Source: an uncultured Methanomicrobiales archaeon
GTDB taxonomy: Archaea > Halobacteriota > Methanomicrobia > Methanomicrobiales > Methanospirillaceae
Length of the DNA: 64,000 nucleotides
Reading direction: 5' to 3'
NCBI GenBank assembly: GCA_963758915.1
Contig: CAVWXH010000003.1
Span: forward strand, 160,001 to 224,000
In this document: positions 50,231 to 60,261 of the stretch, piece after piece
Numbering within the stretch: the stretch's first letter is position 1
How the letters are laid out: every line of letters starts with the position of its first letter
The notes under the pieces: model-generated
What the model was told of the DNA's origin: nothing
The model's database searches: none
The model's input: the letters and a program-made list of their open reading frames with translations, nothing else
Program-made: the position numbers and the translations under genes

Positions 50231-50968
50231 ATGGCAGAAAAGAAATCACCAGCAAGTGGATGGCCAATCGCAAAGGGCGACTTCCATTCAGGAGATGCCA
50301 ACAGCCCGGTCGCAGTCGTGACCATGGGGTCTCACCTTGATGAACAGGGTATCTGCGATGGTGGCGCCGCACTCTGCGGTTCCTGTAAGACTGAAAACCT
50401 CGGTCTTGAGAAGGTCATTGCAAATATCATCTCCAACCCGAACATCAGGTTCGTGCTCCTCTGTGGTACAGAAGTGAAAGGTCACCTCTCCGGACAGACC
50501 CTCGTGGCTCTCCACAAGGGCGGGGTCAAGGAAGGCAGGGTTGTCGGTGCAGAAGGGGCTATTCCTTTCATCGAGAACTTAAACGATGCCGCTATCAAGC
50601 GCTTCCAGGAGCAGGTCGAATTCGTCAATATCATGGAGTCTGAGGACGTCGGGGCCATCAAGGCCAAGATCGGCGAACTCACAAGCCGTGATCCGGGCGC
50701 ATTCGCCGCTGACCCGATGATCGTCGAGGTCAAGGAAGCTGCAGGCGGCTCAGAAGTCGCTGCTGCAGGTGTAAACCCGCAATTCCTTGAAATCGAAAAG
50801 AGACTCGACAAGATTGAGAAAAATATTGAGTTTACCGATGCGGAGATTGCCCAGCGCGTGGGCAGGAAAATCGGTCGCGATATCGGTATACTCTACGGAC
50901 TGGTCGCAGGATTAATGGTATTTGTCATGTTGTTAGTTTTGCTGCCAAAATTGAATGTATTGCTGTAA
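50231..50968 (+). CDS. mtrA: MtrA-MtrG fusion
   Basis: MtrA domain followed by the MtrG sequence [33 protein letters not shown]. Confidence 0.94.
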   Translation: MAEKKSPASGWPIAKGDFHSGDANSPVAVVTMGSHLDEQGICDGGAALCGSCKTENLGLEKVIANIISNPNIRFVLLCGTEVKGHLSGQTLVALHKGGVKEGRVVGAEGAIPFIENLNDAAIKRFQEQVEFVNIMESEDVGAIKAKIGELTSRDPGAFAADPMIVEVKEAAGGSEVAAAGVNPQFLEIEKRLDKIEKNIEFTDAEIAQRVGRKIGRDIGILYGLVAGLMVFVMLLVLLPKLNVLL

Positions 50969-50984
50969 TGGAGGTCGATAAAAA

Positions 50985-52022
50985 ATGTTCAGATTCGAAA
51001 AGGAACAGAAAGTCTGGGATTTCAATGGCACCATGATAGGTGGTCAGCCGGGAGAATATCCGACTGTATTAGGTGCATCCATCTTCTACAACAAGCACGA
51101 AGTTGTTCTTGATGACCACAAAGGCACCATCAACAAGGAAACGGCTGAGGCACTCTGGAACCGCTGTCAGGAACTCTCTGACATGACCGGTATCAAGCAC
51201 TTCATCCAGATCATCGCCGAGTACGGCGAAGCTTTCGAGAGCTACTTCAACTGGTTTGACAGTATTGATAACAAGACTGCATTCCTGATGGACTCTTCGG
51301 CGCCAGCAGCACTGATTCACGCATGCAAATACGTGACAGAGGTCGGGCTTGCAGACCGTGCGATCTATAACTCGATCAACGGATCTATCCTGCCGGAGAG
51401 TATTGAAGCGCTGAAGAACAGCGACGTCAACGCGGCAATTGTGCTCGCATTCAACCCCGGTGACCCATCGGTTGCCGGAAGGGAGAAAGTGCTCACAGAG
51501 GGTGGCGTCGCAGGGCAGTCAAAGGGTATGCTCCAGATCGCAGAAGAATGCGGGATTACCCGCCCGATTCTCGATACTGCAGCAACACCCCTTGGCCTTG
51601 GTTCCGGTGGCTCATACCGTGAGATCCTCGCCTGTAAGGCAATCCACGGCTACCCGACCGGTGGTGCATACCACAACATGACGGTATCATGGACCTGGCT
51701 CAAGCGCTGGAAAGGCTCAAAGAAGAACCCATCCAAGCTCGCAGAATCCTTAAACGGCAAGGATTTATACAAATCCCAGCTCTTACACCACTACCAGGGT
51801 GGTATGGAAGGGGTCATCCAGGCCGCCTGGTCGGCCCCGGATATCGGCTGTAACATGATCGCAAGCACACTCGGTGCAGACTTAATCATGTACGGGCCTA
51901 TCGAGAATTGTGAGGCAATGATGACGGCGCAGGCCTACACGGACATTGCAGTCCTCGAGGCAACCAGACAGCTCGGCATCGATGTCAAGGCTGATGAGCA
52001 CCCCATCTTTAAACTCATCTAA
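50985..52022 (+). CDS. mtrH: Mtr subunit H
   Basis: MFRFEKEQ, GGQPGEYPT, IYNSIN and YGPIEN motifs. Confidence 0.97.
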   Translation: MFRFEKEQKVWDFNGTMIGGQPGEYPTVLGASIFYNKHEVVLDDHKGTINKETAEALWNRCQELSDMTGIKHFIQIIAEYGEAFESYFNWFDSIDNKTAFLMDSSAPAALIHACKYVTEVGLADRAIYNSINGSILPESIEALKNSDVNAAIVLAFNPGDPSVAGREKVLTEGGVAGQSKGMLQIAEECGITRPILDTAATPLGLGSGGSYREILACKAIHGYPTGGAYHNMTVSWTWLKRWKGSKKNPSKLAESLNGKDLYKSQLLHHYQGGMEGVIQAAWSAPDIGCNMIASTLGADLIMYGPIENCEAMMTAQAYTDIAVLEATRQLGIDVKADEHPIFKLI

Positions 52023-52038
52023 TTTTTTTTTGCTTTTG
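52023..52038 (+). terminator. Oligo(T) terminator after mtrH
   Basis: T-tract immediately after the stop codon. Confidence 0.6.
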
Positions 52039-52232
52039 TATCAGATCTAATTAATTCCGGCTTATTTGCCGATTTTTATGTCCCATCATGATATAACCTT
52101 ATAGCACTAATGATACTGTATCACAAAAACCACAGAGGCGCCAGCGGCCATCATCAACAGGATGGATGGGGAAAGATCCGGGCCTCAATCACGTACAGGT
52201 TATACAGTGAGACTACCACCAGATCATACAAA

Positions 52233-52451
52233 ATGACAAAGGAATCCTTAATCCCTACTATTATCGGATCGAGAAGCGGCTATGCGATCCGGTTCACGTG
52301 TCCCTCCTGCCATAATGAAAATAAAATTTTGTACAACATGCCAAAACCGTATTATAAAGAGACCCGCGAGGCGAATTGTAAGCGGTGCAGGACACGCTAC
52401 ACCATACTTGTTCCTGATGATAACTCCAAAAACGTATTGAATCCAATTTAA
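52233..52451 (+). CDS. Small zinc-ribbon protein (72 aa)
   Basis: FTCPSCHNEN and CKRCRTRY, two CxxC pairs. Confidence 0.65.
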   Translation: MTKESLIPTIIGSRSGYAIRFTCPSCHNENKILYNMPKPYYKETREANCKRCRTRYTILVPDDNSKNVLNPI

Positions 52452-52615
52452 CTATTGTTTTCCGGCTGATTTCCGAGCCAGAAAAGCCTCCGGTTGTCAA
52501 TATCACAGACATTGTTGTTACGTTCCCGTAACGTGGAATTTCCCCCGCTGTTTATGGTTTTCCTGGAGCCCGGTCCTACAACAGGTTCTTTTAGTCCTAA
52601 AACCTCCAGATCATT

Positions 52616-53476
52616 ATGGAACTGGAACTTAAGGGAACGGATATTCCCACCAGAATCCGCCAGATGACTCGGGGCGAAGCGGATACAGCTATTGCCTGGG
52701 CCGCAGACGAGGGGTGGAACCCCGGCCTGCATGACGCGGATGCATTTTACCAGACTGATCCTTCAGGGTTTTTTTCTATCGAAACCGAAGGCAGCATGAT
52801 CGGGAGTGTATCGGTCGTCCGGTACGACAATACCTTCATGTTCGGTGGGCTGTATATCGTCCATCCCGACTACCGGGAGATGGGAATCGGACGTGCAGTT
52901 TACGATTTCGTGATGAATTATGCCGAAGGAACTAACCTTGGGATCGATGGGGTTTTTGCCATGCAGCCCGTCTACGAAAAATCAGGGTTTAATTTCGCAT
53001 ACCGGAATATCAGGTTCGAAAGCGTCGGAAAGGGGATTATTGACAAAACACTCACCCCGTTGAGGGAGGTCCCGTTCCCCCGGATCCTCGCATACGATAG
53101 TTTGTTCTTTCCCACCGTGCGGGAACAGTTCCTGAAGCATTACCTGTACCAGCCCGACTGCAAAGGATACGCAAGCATTACGAATGGATCGCTGGACGGG
53201 TATGGTTTTATCAGAAAGTGTTTCACCGGTTATAAAATCGGACCCCTGTTCGCAGGTAATTCACAAATTGCGGAAAAAATATACTCGGCCCTTTCTGCGT
53301 TTGCCGACGGCATGCCGGTTTTCCTCGATGTACCGGAACCAAACGCTGCAGGTATGGCTCTTGCAAAAGCACACGGGATGACAGAAGTCTTTGGAACGGC
53401 ACGGATGTATACCCGGGAAATCCCGAAATTACCAGTTGGGCAGATATTCGGGGTAACTTCGTTTGAACTCGGGTGA
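52616..53476 (+). CDS. Two-domain GNAT acetyltransferase (YitH-like)
   Basis: EGWNPG, YIVHPDYREMGIG, YKIGPLFA and TARMY motifs. Confidence 0.88.
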   Translation: MELELKGTDIPTRIRQMTRGEADTAIAWAADEGWNPGLHDADAFYQTDPSGFFSIETEGSMIGSVSVVRYDNTFMFGGLYIVHPDYREMGIGRAVYDFVMNYAEGTNLGIDGVFAMQPVYEKSGFNFAYRNIRFESVGKGIIDKTLTPLREVPFPRILAYDSLFFPTVREQFLKHYLYQPDCKGYASITNGSLDGYGFIRKCFTGYKIGPLFAGNSQIAEKIYSALSAFADGMPVFLDVPEPNAAGMALAKAHGMTEVFGTARMYTREIPKLPVGQIFGVTSFELG

Positions 53477-53544
53477 AAAGGAGGACCTTAATGCGGATAT
53501 TTTTTTATTTTTTAAAAAAAAACTGGTTCTAAATTTTTTTTCAC

Positions 53545-53928
53545 TCATACAAAAAGCGGCTCGAACCCGTTTGTCCCAACCGGTCCGAATTCCTTTTTTA
53601 TCTTCGGGTCCAGGTTGCAAACAGGGCACCGGTAATCATCGGGCAACTTTGAAAACGGGGTACCGGCTTTAATACCCCGGTGGGGCTCACCGCGGCTCTG
53701 GTCATACACGTACCCACAGACACTGCAGACAAATTTCGTAGGTACCCATTCATCGAATCCCCACTTTCCGATCTTGCCTTTCCCTTCCATACCGCAGATT
53801 GGGCATACATAGGTCTCGGGCAGGTCTTCGAAAAGCGTCCCGGCAGGGATCCCGTTGTGCGGCTCTCCACGCAGGGGGGAATATACATAGCCACACAATT
53901 TGCATTTATATCGATTTACTTCCGCCAT
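53545..53928 (-). CDS. Tandem (double) rubredoxin
   Basis: Two CxxCGYVY...GEPH.GI.AGT.F..LP..Y.CPxC units. Confidence 0.92.
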   Translation of the reverse strand: MAEVNRYKCKLCGYVYSPLRGEPHNGIPAGTLFEDLPETYVCPICGMEGKGKIGKWGFDEWVPTKFVCSVCGYVYDQSRGEPHRGIKAGTPFSKLPDDYRCPVCNLDPKIKKEFGPVGTNGFEPLFV

Positions 53929-54160
53929 GGTTTTAACACCACCATTTTGCAAGCCCATTCCAAAATGAACAAGCCTGATATATAGTGATGGTACCTGGAT
54001 CACATAAATGTGAAGGATGTGGTAATTCAAAGGAGCTACACTTTGGAGGGTTATCAGGAAAAATTGCAGCCTTCACAAGGCTAATCACCTCCAAGATTAC
54101 AATATGGTTCATAAAGCGGGTTTGGAATTATGATGCATGATGAAATGAAGGATATTCAAA

Positions 54161-54850
54161 ATGGATGTTAAGCGGTCACTGTTATTAATTCTCATTCTCG
54201 CGGTGGCAGTGGTATACGTCGCAGATATCTCCGGGTTGTTAATAAAACCGGGGGTGCCGGAAGCCAATACCAGCAGGGTACTTGCCGCTGCCGAAGTACG
54301 GAATTACCAGGGGGAGAAACTATCCTCTGTCACGGATTTTCGCGAAAATTCTATTAAAGGGCCTCAACATGTGAATATGAGTAATTACAGGCTGCAAATC
54401 GGCGGGTTGGTGACTACACCCCGAAGCCTGACCTATGATGAAGTGAAGGGGTTTCCAGGTTACCAGAAGGTCATAACCCTGCATTGCGTGGAGGGGTGGG
54501 ACGCAACAATTCTCTGGGAAGGTGTTAAAGTCAGTGACCTGATCACTACAGCAGGTGCAAGTCCCGATGCCAATACCGTGATCTTCTATGCATATGATGG
54601 CTATTCAACGTCATTGCCTCTTGATTATATCGAAAATAACGATATACTACTCGCTTACGGGATGAATAACGTGACCCTGCCTGAAGACAGGGGGTACCCG
54701 TTCCAGCTCGTAGCAGAAGATAAGTGGGGCTACAAATGGATCAAATGGGTAACAAAAATTGAGCTTTCCAACGATCCGTCCTACCGGGGATACTGGGAAC
54801 AACGCGGGTATTCCGTTGGGGGGGATACACGCAGCTCATTCTTTGCATAA
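54161..54850 (+). CDS. Membrane-anchored molybdopterin oxidoreductase (sulfite oxidase/MsrP-like)
   Basis: N-terminal TM helix; LHCVEGW, GYSTSLPL, GYPFQLV, GYKWIKWV and GYWEQRGY motifs. Confidence 0.88.
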   Translation: MDVKRSLLLILILAVAVVYVADISGLLIKPGVPEANTSRVLAAAEVRNYQGEKLSSVTDFRENSIKGPQHVNMSNYRLQIGGLVTTPRSLTYDEVKGFPGYQKVITLHCVEGWDATILWEGVKVSDLITTAGASPDANTVIFYAYDGYSTSLPLDYIENNDILLAYGMNNVTLPEDRGYPFQLVAEDKWGYKWIKWVTKIELSNDPSYRGYWEQRGYSVGGDTRSSFFA

Positions 54851-54910
54851 TACTATTGCGAAAACCAGGCAGTTGTAAATATATGAGGAAAAACTAAAAA
54901 GGTCATCTGA

Positions 54911-55141
54911 ATGAAAGATCGCGATGTAAAACGGCTGGTCATCTGGCTCCTCGGGGGGGTAACGGTTATATTTCTTCTTTCCGGATTCGGGATTACAAAT
55001 CCGGATCTGTTCACACCACTTACCCTGGGTGTTTTTTCGAAATCGTTCTCCTACCAGTTGCATACCTATCTCTGGGGCCCGTTCCTCATCCTTCTCCTGC
55101 TCCATATCTACCTCGCCCAGAAAAAAACTCCACGCCTATAA
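54911..55141 (+). CDS. Small two-TM membrane protein with two His residues
   Basis: LLSGFGIT and YQLHTYLWGPFLILLLLHIYL; directly downstream of the Mo enzyme. Confidence 0.7.
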   Translation: MKDRDVKRLVIWLLGGVTVIFLLSGFGITNPDLFTPLTLGVFSKSFSYQLHTYLWGPFLILLLLHIYLAQKKTPRL

Positions 55142-55293
55142 CAACAGGCATACCGGATCACCAGTCCCAGAATCCTGTAACATGGAGCAGGTCACTATCT
55201 GATAACAGAACAGATGGATAACAGGAATTAACTCCGGGTGTAATTCCCGGGGTAATAACAGAACAGTTAAGAGCGTTCACTCAATACAGTTTC

Positions 55294-56652
55294 GTGATGG
55301 ATGAGCCCCGGTATTATAACAAGGCAGTAGAGACACTTGGCCGCGATGACCTTGATGCCCTGATCGATGAGCGTGTCAGCTATACCATTTCTTATGCCGC
55401 AGAACATTCCCCATTTTACCGGGACTGGTTCCGTGCACATCACATTGACCCACGGGATGTCAGGACCCACGAGGACCTCCTTTCACTTCCGATAATCTCC
55501 GGAAAGACCGTGCGGGAGAACCAGCCTCCGCAGACACCAGAGTTCCGTTTCAGGAGTGCTCCCATGGAAGATATTTTTACTATTCATGAAACGAGCGGAA
55601 CATCGGGGGTACCAAAGAGTTTTTTCCTTACGTACGAGGAATGGCTCAGGTATTCTGAAAAATATGCCCGAATATTTGTTTCACAGGGTTTTAAAAAGGG
55701 TGACCGGGTGGTGGTCTGCACCACGTATGGTATGAACGTCGGGGCAAACACCATGACCCTCGCCGCTCACCGGATTGGCTTTACCATGATCCCCACCGGG
55801 AACTGTAATTTTCCTGTACGCACACTGACGAGTTACCACCCGACCGCGATAATCGGCAGTGTATTCAAACTTCTCCATCTTGCACGAAGACTTGGCAATG
55901 AAGGGATTAATATCCAGGATCTGGGCCTTGAGAGGCTGGTTGTCGGAGGCGAGGGTTTTGCACAGGAAGCCAGGGAATATGTCCGGGAATTGTGGGGCTG
56001 TGGTATCTACAATACATATGGGAGCACAGAGGGCAGCATGTGCGGGGAATGTGACCAGCTTACCGGGCTCCATGTACCCGAAGACCTGGTCCACCTCGAT
56101 GTTTATGACCCGGGGATGGCAGAATTTGTGAGGGAGGGAGAATGCGGACGGGCGGTCCTCACCACCCTGCTGCCAGTTGGTGCAAAATGCGGAACGCTCC
56201 TGATTAATTACGATACCGAAGATACCACGGTTGTCATTTCCAGTGAGCAATGCTCCTGCGGCCGGACACATATGAGAATCATGAATCCGCAACGGGAGGC
56301 CGAGACCGTCTGGGTAAACGGGGCCCCTTTTAACCGCGTCGATATTGAACGGGGGGTATTCCAGCATGAAAATATGCAGTACCTGACCGGTGAATATGAG
56401 GCATTCCTCTACTCCGGCCATGACGAGCACGAGACCATCATGAAGGTAGGGCTCGAAAGCGAGGAACCTGACCACTGCAATACACAACGGATCGGTGAGC
56501 GGTTCCTTGATGCTTTCCTGAAAGGGCGCCCGGCGCTCTCAGCTGCACATGCGGACGGGTCCTTTAAAATCCTCTTCGGGTTTACAAAGATGGGCGGGCT
56601 TGAATTGCATACCCTGAAAGGGCGCCCGAAACGACTCGTTGACCGCCGCTGA
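55294..56652 (+). CDS. ftsA: Coenzyme F390 synthetase (phenylacetate-CoA ligase-like)
   Basis: HETSGTSGVPKSFFLT, YGMNVGANTM, YGSTEG, LINYDTED and GRPKRLVDRR motifs. Confidence 0.88.
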   Translation: MMDEPRYYNKAVETLGRDDLDALIDERVSYTISYAAEHSPFYRDWFRAHHIDPRDVRTHEDLLSLPIISGKTVRENQPPQTPEFRFRSAPMEDIFTIHETSGTSGVPKSFFLTYEEWLRYSEKYARIFVSQGFKKGDRVVVCTTYGMNVGANTMTLAAHRIGFTMIPTGNCNFPVRTLTSYHPTAIIGSVFKLLHLARRLGNEGINIQDLGLERLVVGGEGFAQEAREYVRELWGCGIYNTYGSTEGSMCGECDQLTGLHVPEDLVHLDVYDPGMAEFVREGECGRAVLTTLLPVGAKCGTLLINYDTEDTTVVISSEQCSCGRTHMRIMNPQREAETVWVNGAPFNRVDIERGVFQHENMQYLTGEYEAFLYSGHDEHETIMKVGLESEEPDHCNTQRIGERFLDAFLKGRPALSAAHADGSFKILFGFTKMGGLELHTLKGRPKRLVDRR

Positions 56653-57046
56653 CTACCTGCCAGGAGCCGGTGCGGTGGAGGAACAGACCCCACATGAAGT
56701 TTGGGAACTGCACCAATCGACGATTTATTTACTATAAACTGCATACGATGTAATGCTCTTGATATGGCACCTGGCTTTATTGTTTTGCCGGACCCCCCAG
56801 AAACTGGCATCAACCCCCTAGCAGGTTGTCCAGATTCAAGAGCATTTTACTTTCCCAGCCGATTTTGACGTTATAATTCAATTGTCATTTCATCAATCAA
56901 TACCGGCGGACCCTTTCCGGCGATCGCGGCATTAGCCTTCATTCAACTACATAGGAATGAACGGTATCCAGTTATCAGGGGATGTAATGGACCGGGACTG
57001 ACCACCTGCTTTATCCGTGAAAAAACCAAAAATACTGGTTAGATTT

Positions 57047-57646
57047 ATGACGGATACGATCTCTGCAATAGTATACTCCTTCGGGGCCCTCTTTATTATC
57101 CTTGATCCACTCCTGTCGGTCCCAATCTTCACTGCAATGACAAAAGGACAGTCGAAGGCGGAGATCAGCAGGCAGGCACTTATCGCCGTTGCTGTTGCAG
57201 GGTTCCTGATGTACATCTTCCTTTTCTTTAACTTCCTGATCTTTGACGTGCTCCGTATCAGCCTGCCGAGTTTTCAGGTTGCCGGAGGTATACTTCTCTT
57301 TATTCTTGGTATGCAGATGTCACTTGGCATTGATATAGGAAAATCAAAAGACCATTCAAAAACGGTTGCGGGTGTTGTAATCGGAACTCCCCTCCTCTGC
57401 GGGCCCGGGGCAATAACAACAGTCCTCCTCCTTTCGAAAGATTACGGGATCCTGGTGCCGGCCATTGCAATAGGCCTGTCACTCCTTGCAACGTTCCTTA
57501 TCCTGAAATACTCAGCCTATATCCAGAAGATCCTCGGTGACTGTGTCACAGACATTATGGCAAAAGTGCTGGGAATGCTTGTTGCTGCGATTGCGGTAAA
57601 AATAATCATCGACGGGGTTATTGCACTGATCCCATCAGCCCTCTGA
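57047..57646 (+). CDS. MarC-family membrane protein
   Basis: LFIILDP, FQVAGGILLF and TPLLCGPGAITTV motifs. Confidence 0.9.
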   Translation: MTDTISAIVYSFGALFIILDPLLSVPIFTAMTKGQSKAEISRQALIAVAVAGFLMYIFLFFNFLIFDVLRISLPSFQVAGGILLFILGMQMSLGIDIGKSKDHSKTVAGVVIGTPLLCGPGAITTVLLLSKDYGILVPAIAIGLSLLATFLILKYSAYIQKILGDCVTDIMAKVLGMLVAAIAVKIIIDGVIALIPSAL

Positions 57647-58109
57647 TCTTCTCTCGCGTGAGAAGCAGGGGTAACAGTACCAGTTTCTATTTTTAACGGT
57701 ACTGAATTGGAGGACCCTAAAATGAGGGGATCCATGGTTTCAAACGCACCATATACCAGTTATTAGAGGCTTTATTGAGACCCTGTGGGTTGAAGGCCAT
57801 TAATTTCAGAGTATTGGGGATAGTCCATATCCCAACCGGGGCCACCAAAGCGGCGGGGCCATGAGCCCCCAGCGTGGATAAAATTCGGAGCTGCCGAAAT
57901 CGATACTGTCATTACAGCATTTTTAAAGAGCCGTTATTGCTCTATCCCAGGTGAAGATAGCGGCCTGTCATCTCCAGTGATTTGGAACAGCCCGGGATAC
58001 CACAGCAGGACCGGTTTTTTTTAACCATACAGGCATTTGAATGGGTTTCCTGGTAATCGAATCCTTTTTGAGGCCGGAAGACATGTTGTAGGTTTTTAAA
58101 CTTGGGATT

Positions 58110-58571
58110 ATGAAGGGTAAGATTGTGAAGAACGAGATCGAAGACTCTCTGGATTATACATTTAATAACCGCAATCTGCTCGAGCGTGCCCTGACCCGCA
58201 AGGCCTTTGCCAATGAACAGGGTCAACGGGGTATCTCATGCGAAGACCAGGAGATATTCTGCACGCTGGGTGATGCCGTGCTGAAAACAGTCCTGATCGA
58301 TCTCCTGATCCGGAACGGTATAACCACACCCGATATGATTACCAGGAGAAAGATTGAACTGGAACGTGAGGAAAACCTTGCAGCAATTGGCAGGAAAATT
58401 AATATCGGCCCTTTTATCAGGCTTGGTAAGGGGGAGGCGAAACATAATGCAGGTGAACAGCCATATGTCATTGCGGAGACTCTTGAGGCAGTTGTCGGTG
58501 CGGTTTTTCTTGACGGAGGATATATCTGTGCAGAAGAGCGGATCAAAGAGTGGTTTAAAGGGCTCTATTGA
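58110..58571 (+). CDS. RNase III-domain protein without dsRBD
   Basis: LDYTFNNRNLLERALT, LGDAVL, IRLGKGE and AETLEAVVGAVFLDGG motifs. Confidence 0.85.
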   Translation: MKGKIVKNEIEDSLDYTFNNRNLLERALTRKAFANEQGQRGISCEDQEIFCTLGDAVLKTVLIDLLIRNGITTPDMITRRKIELEREENLAAIGRKINIGPFIRLGKGEAKHNAGEQPYVIAETLEAVVGAVFLDGGYICAEERIKEWFKGLY

Positions 58572-58742
58572 AACAAGGGATTCTGTTGAACCACACCTGA
58601 ACAGGAAGTATGGAGCCGGACCATGAAAATGCCCGTTTAAAATCTCCTTGAACAAAGGGTCAGTTCAGGCATGGAAGGCAGATGGTTCCTGCCAGCTCCT
58701 GACAAAAAAACGGTTATCCGGGAGTTTGCGGTTTCCCGCACA

Positions 58743-59675
58743 TTAAAGAGGCCGCCCGGGCTGCTTCGCAATCACGTTGATGAGGTCTTCTTTCCTTGCG
58801 TAATACACCTCTATCATGTGATCCGGGTGGTACCGCATCTTTGCCTCGCGAAGCCCCGAAACCCCCATATCACTTTCCCGGTTTATAAAAGGGAACCTGT
58901 CAAGAAGCAACTGGGCGGTTTCTTTATTGATGGATTTGTAAATACCCTCACAGTCAGGCAAACCTTTCTCAAAATGCACGAGTGCCGTGGTCTCGTTAAG
59001 AGGCTCAAACAGGGCCATGGCACCAATGGATCCCTTCACACGGATCGCAAGGCCCATCAGGCCAAGTTCCAGGAAATGCGAGGCTGCAAAGAAAACCGCA
59101 TCTTTCTCATGTGCAAGGAACGGTTCGGAATCACAGTTCTTCCACTCGCACCACCGGATAAGAAAATCCCTGACATCATTCAGGTTTTTTCCGGTAATGG
59201 GTTCTATTTCGGGCATACAGTTCCTCTGGAATTTATTCAGGTGGTGCCGGATAGTCAGGAATTTCTTTCCGGGGAGGTCTGCGAGGTCCCTTGTGCGATA
59301 AAGGTACTCGTGGTAATTACGGTCCGGGTAAAGCGGCAGACCAGGATAGGTGCTCGTGATCCATGATTTCGAGGGGTTATCCACCAGGACAAGGGGTATA
59401 TCATCGCCTTCCGCTACTGCGAGCCGGATTACATCAGCCAGGACAGACTCATCCCTGGGACCAATCGGTGGCCGGAAGGTTGTTTTCTCTTCAATGGTAC
59501 TGGATAAAACGAGGTTTCCCCGGACATATGCATATTCGTAATGTGCATAATGGTTCCAGCACACCATATTCGTAAATGTATTGTCGCTGTGCACCTGTGG
59601 GTATTTCTGGTAATGGCGTGCAAAGAATTCCCGGTCGCCCATTGTCACCGGTCTGAAATCACGTTTGGTCAGCAT
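58743..59675 (-). CDS. DUF2156-type (aminoacyl-transferase-like GNAT fold) protein
   Basis: EYLY...LADLPGKKF, VHFEKG, INRESDMG and GLREAKMRYHP motifs. Confidence 0.85.
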   Translation of the reverse strand: MLTKRDFRPVTMGDREFFARHYQKYPQVHSDNTFTNMVCWNHYAHYEYAYVRGNLVLSSTIEEKTTFRPPIGPRDESVLADVIRLAVAEGDDIPLVLVDNPSKSWITSTYPGLPLYPDRNYHEYLYRTRDLADLPGKKFLTIRHHLNKFQRNCMPEIEPITGKNLNDVRDFLIRWCEWKNCDSEPFLAHEKDAVFFAASHFLELGLMGLAIRVKGSIGAMALFEPLNETTALVHFEKGLPDCEGIYKSINKETAQLLLDRFPFINRESDMGVSGLREAKMRYHPDHMIEVYYARKEDLINVIAKQPGRPL

Positions 59676-60126
59676 GAAATTTTTCTCCTTTTTTAGGATT
59701 CTGAAATATCATCGGTACATAACCTTCCATCCTTTCGAACCCCGATGGCAGGTAGAACTGCTCAGTCCCAGGTTCTGCAATCAGCGCAATCCACGTAATG
59801 CCCCGGTCCTGGCAGTACCTGACAAGTGTTATGAGAATTTTCCGGCCGATACCGCTTTGGCGGTACTCTGATTTCACGACCATATCCTGGATATAGGCAT
59901 CAGATGAACCATCTGATATCACCCTTCCCATCGCCACCGCCCTGCCACTTTCGTGGTCAACAGCCACGGCAAATGCCAGTGAACCCGATATCAGGAGACT
60001 GAGGTGCGCGGGGTCCCATTCTTCTTTCCACCACCCTGCTTCCCGGTATAGCGAGCGGATCTCCTCTGTATCCCAGTTCCTTACAAGGAGCACTTCGGTC
60101 CTGTCCCCCTTTGCACCATTATCCAT
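59659..60126 (-). CDS. GNAT acetyltransferase
   Basis: MGRVISDG, AYIQDMVV, YRQSGIG and FYLPSGF motifs; overlaps the DUF2156 start. Confidence 0.88.
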   Translation of the reverse strand: MDNGAKGDRTEVLLVRNWDTEEIRSLYREAGWWKEEWDPAHLSLLISGSLAFAVAVDHESGRAVAMGRVISDGSSDAYIQDMVVKSEYRQSGIGRKILITLVRYCQDRGITWIALIAEPGTEQFYLPSGFERMEGYVPMIFQNPKKGEKFHADQT

Positions 60127-60261
60127 GATATTGCCCTGCTGTCTTTGATGATCGGGTTACCCGTAATACCGGATTAAACCTTATGACATGGTAACATTGT
60201 TTTGATCATTTGCCCGGCCTTCCCCGGTATAGTCAGATGAAAATAAGTAAGAACCTTCAGA

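Larger units (their letters stand above)
49284..50742 (+). repeat. 522-bp direct repeat (49284-49805 and 50221-50742)
   Basis: Read side by side, the copies differ at two synonymous positions (GGC/GGT, ATT/ATC). The repeat covers the RBS and the MtrA soluble domain. Confidence 0.95.
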
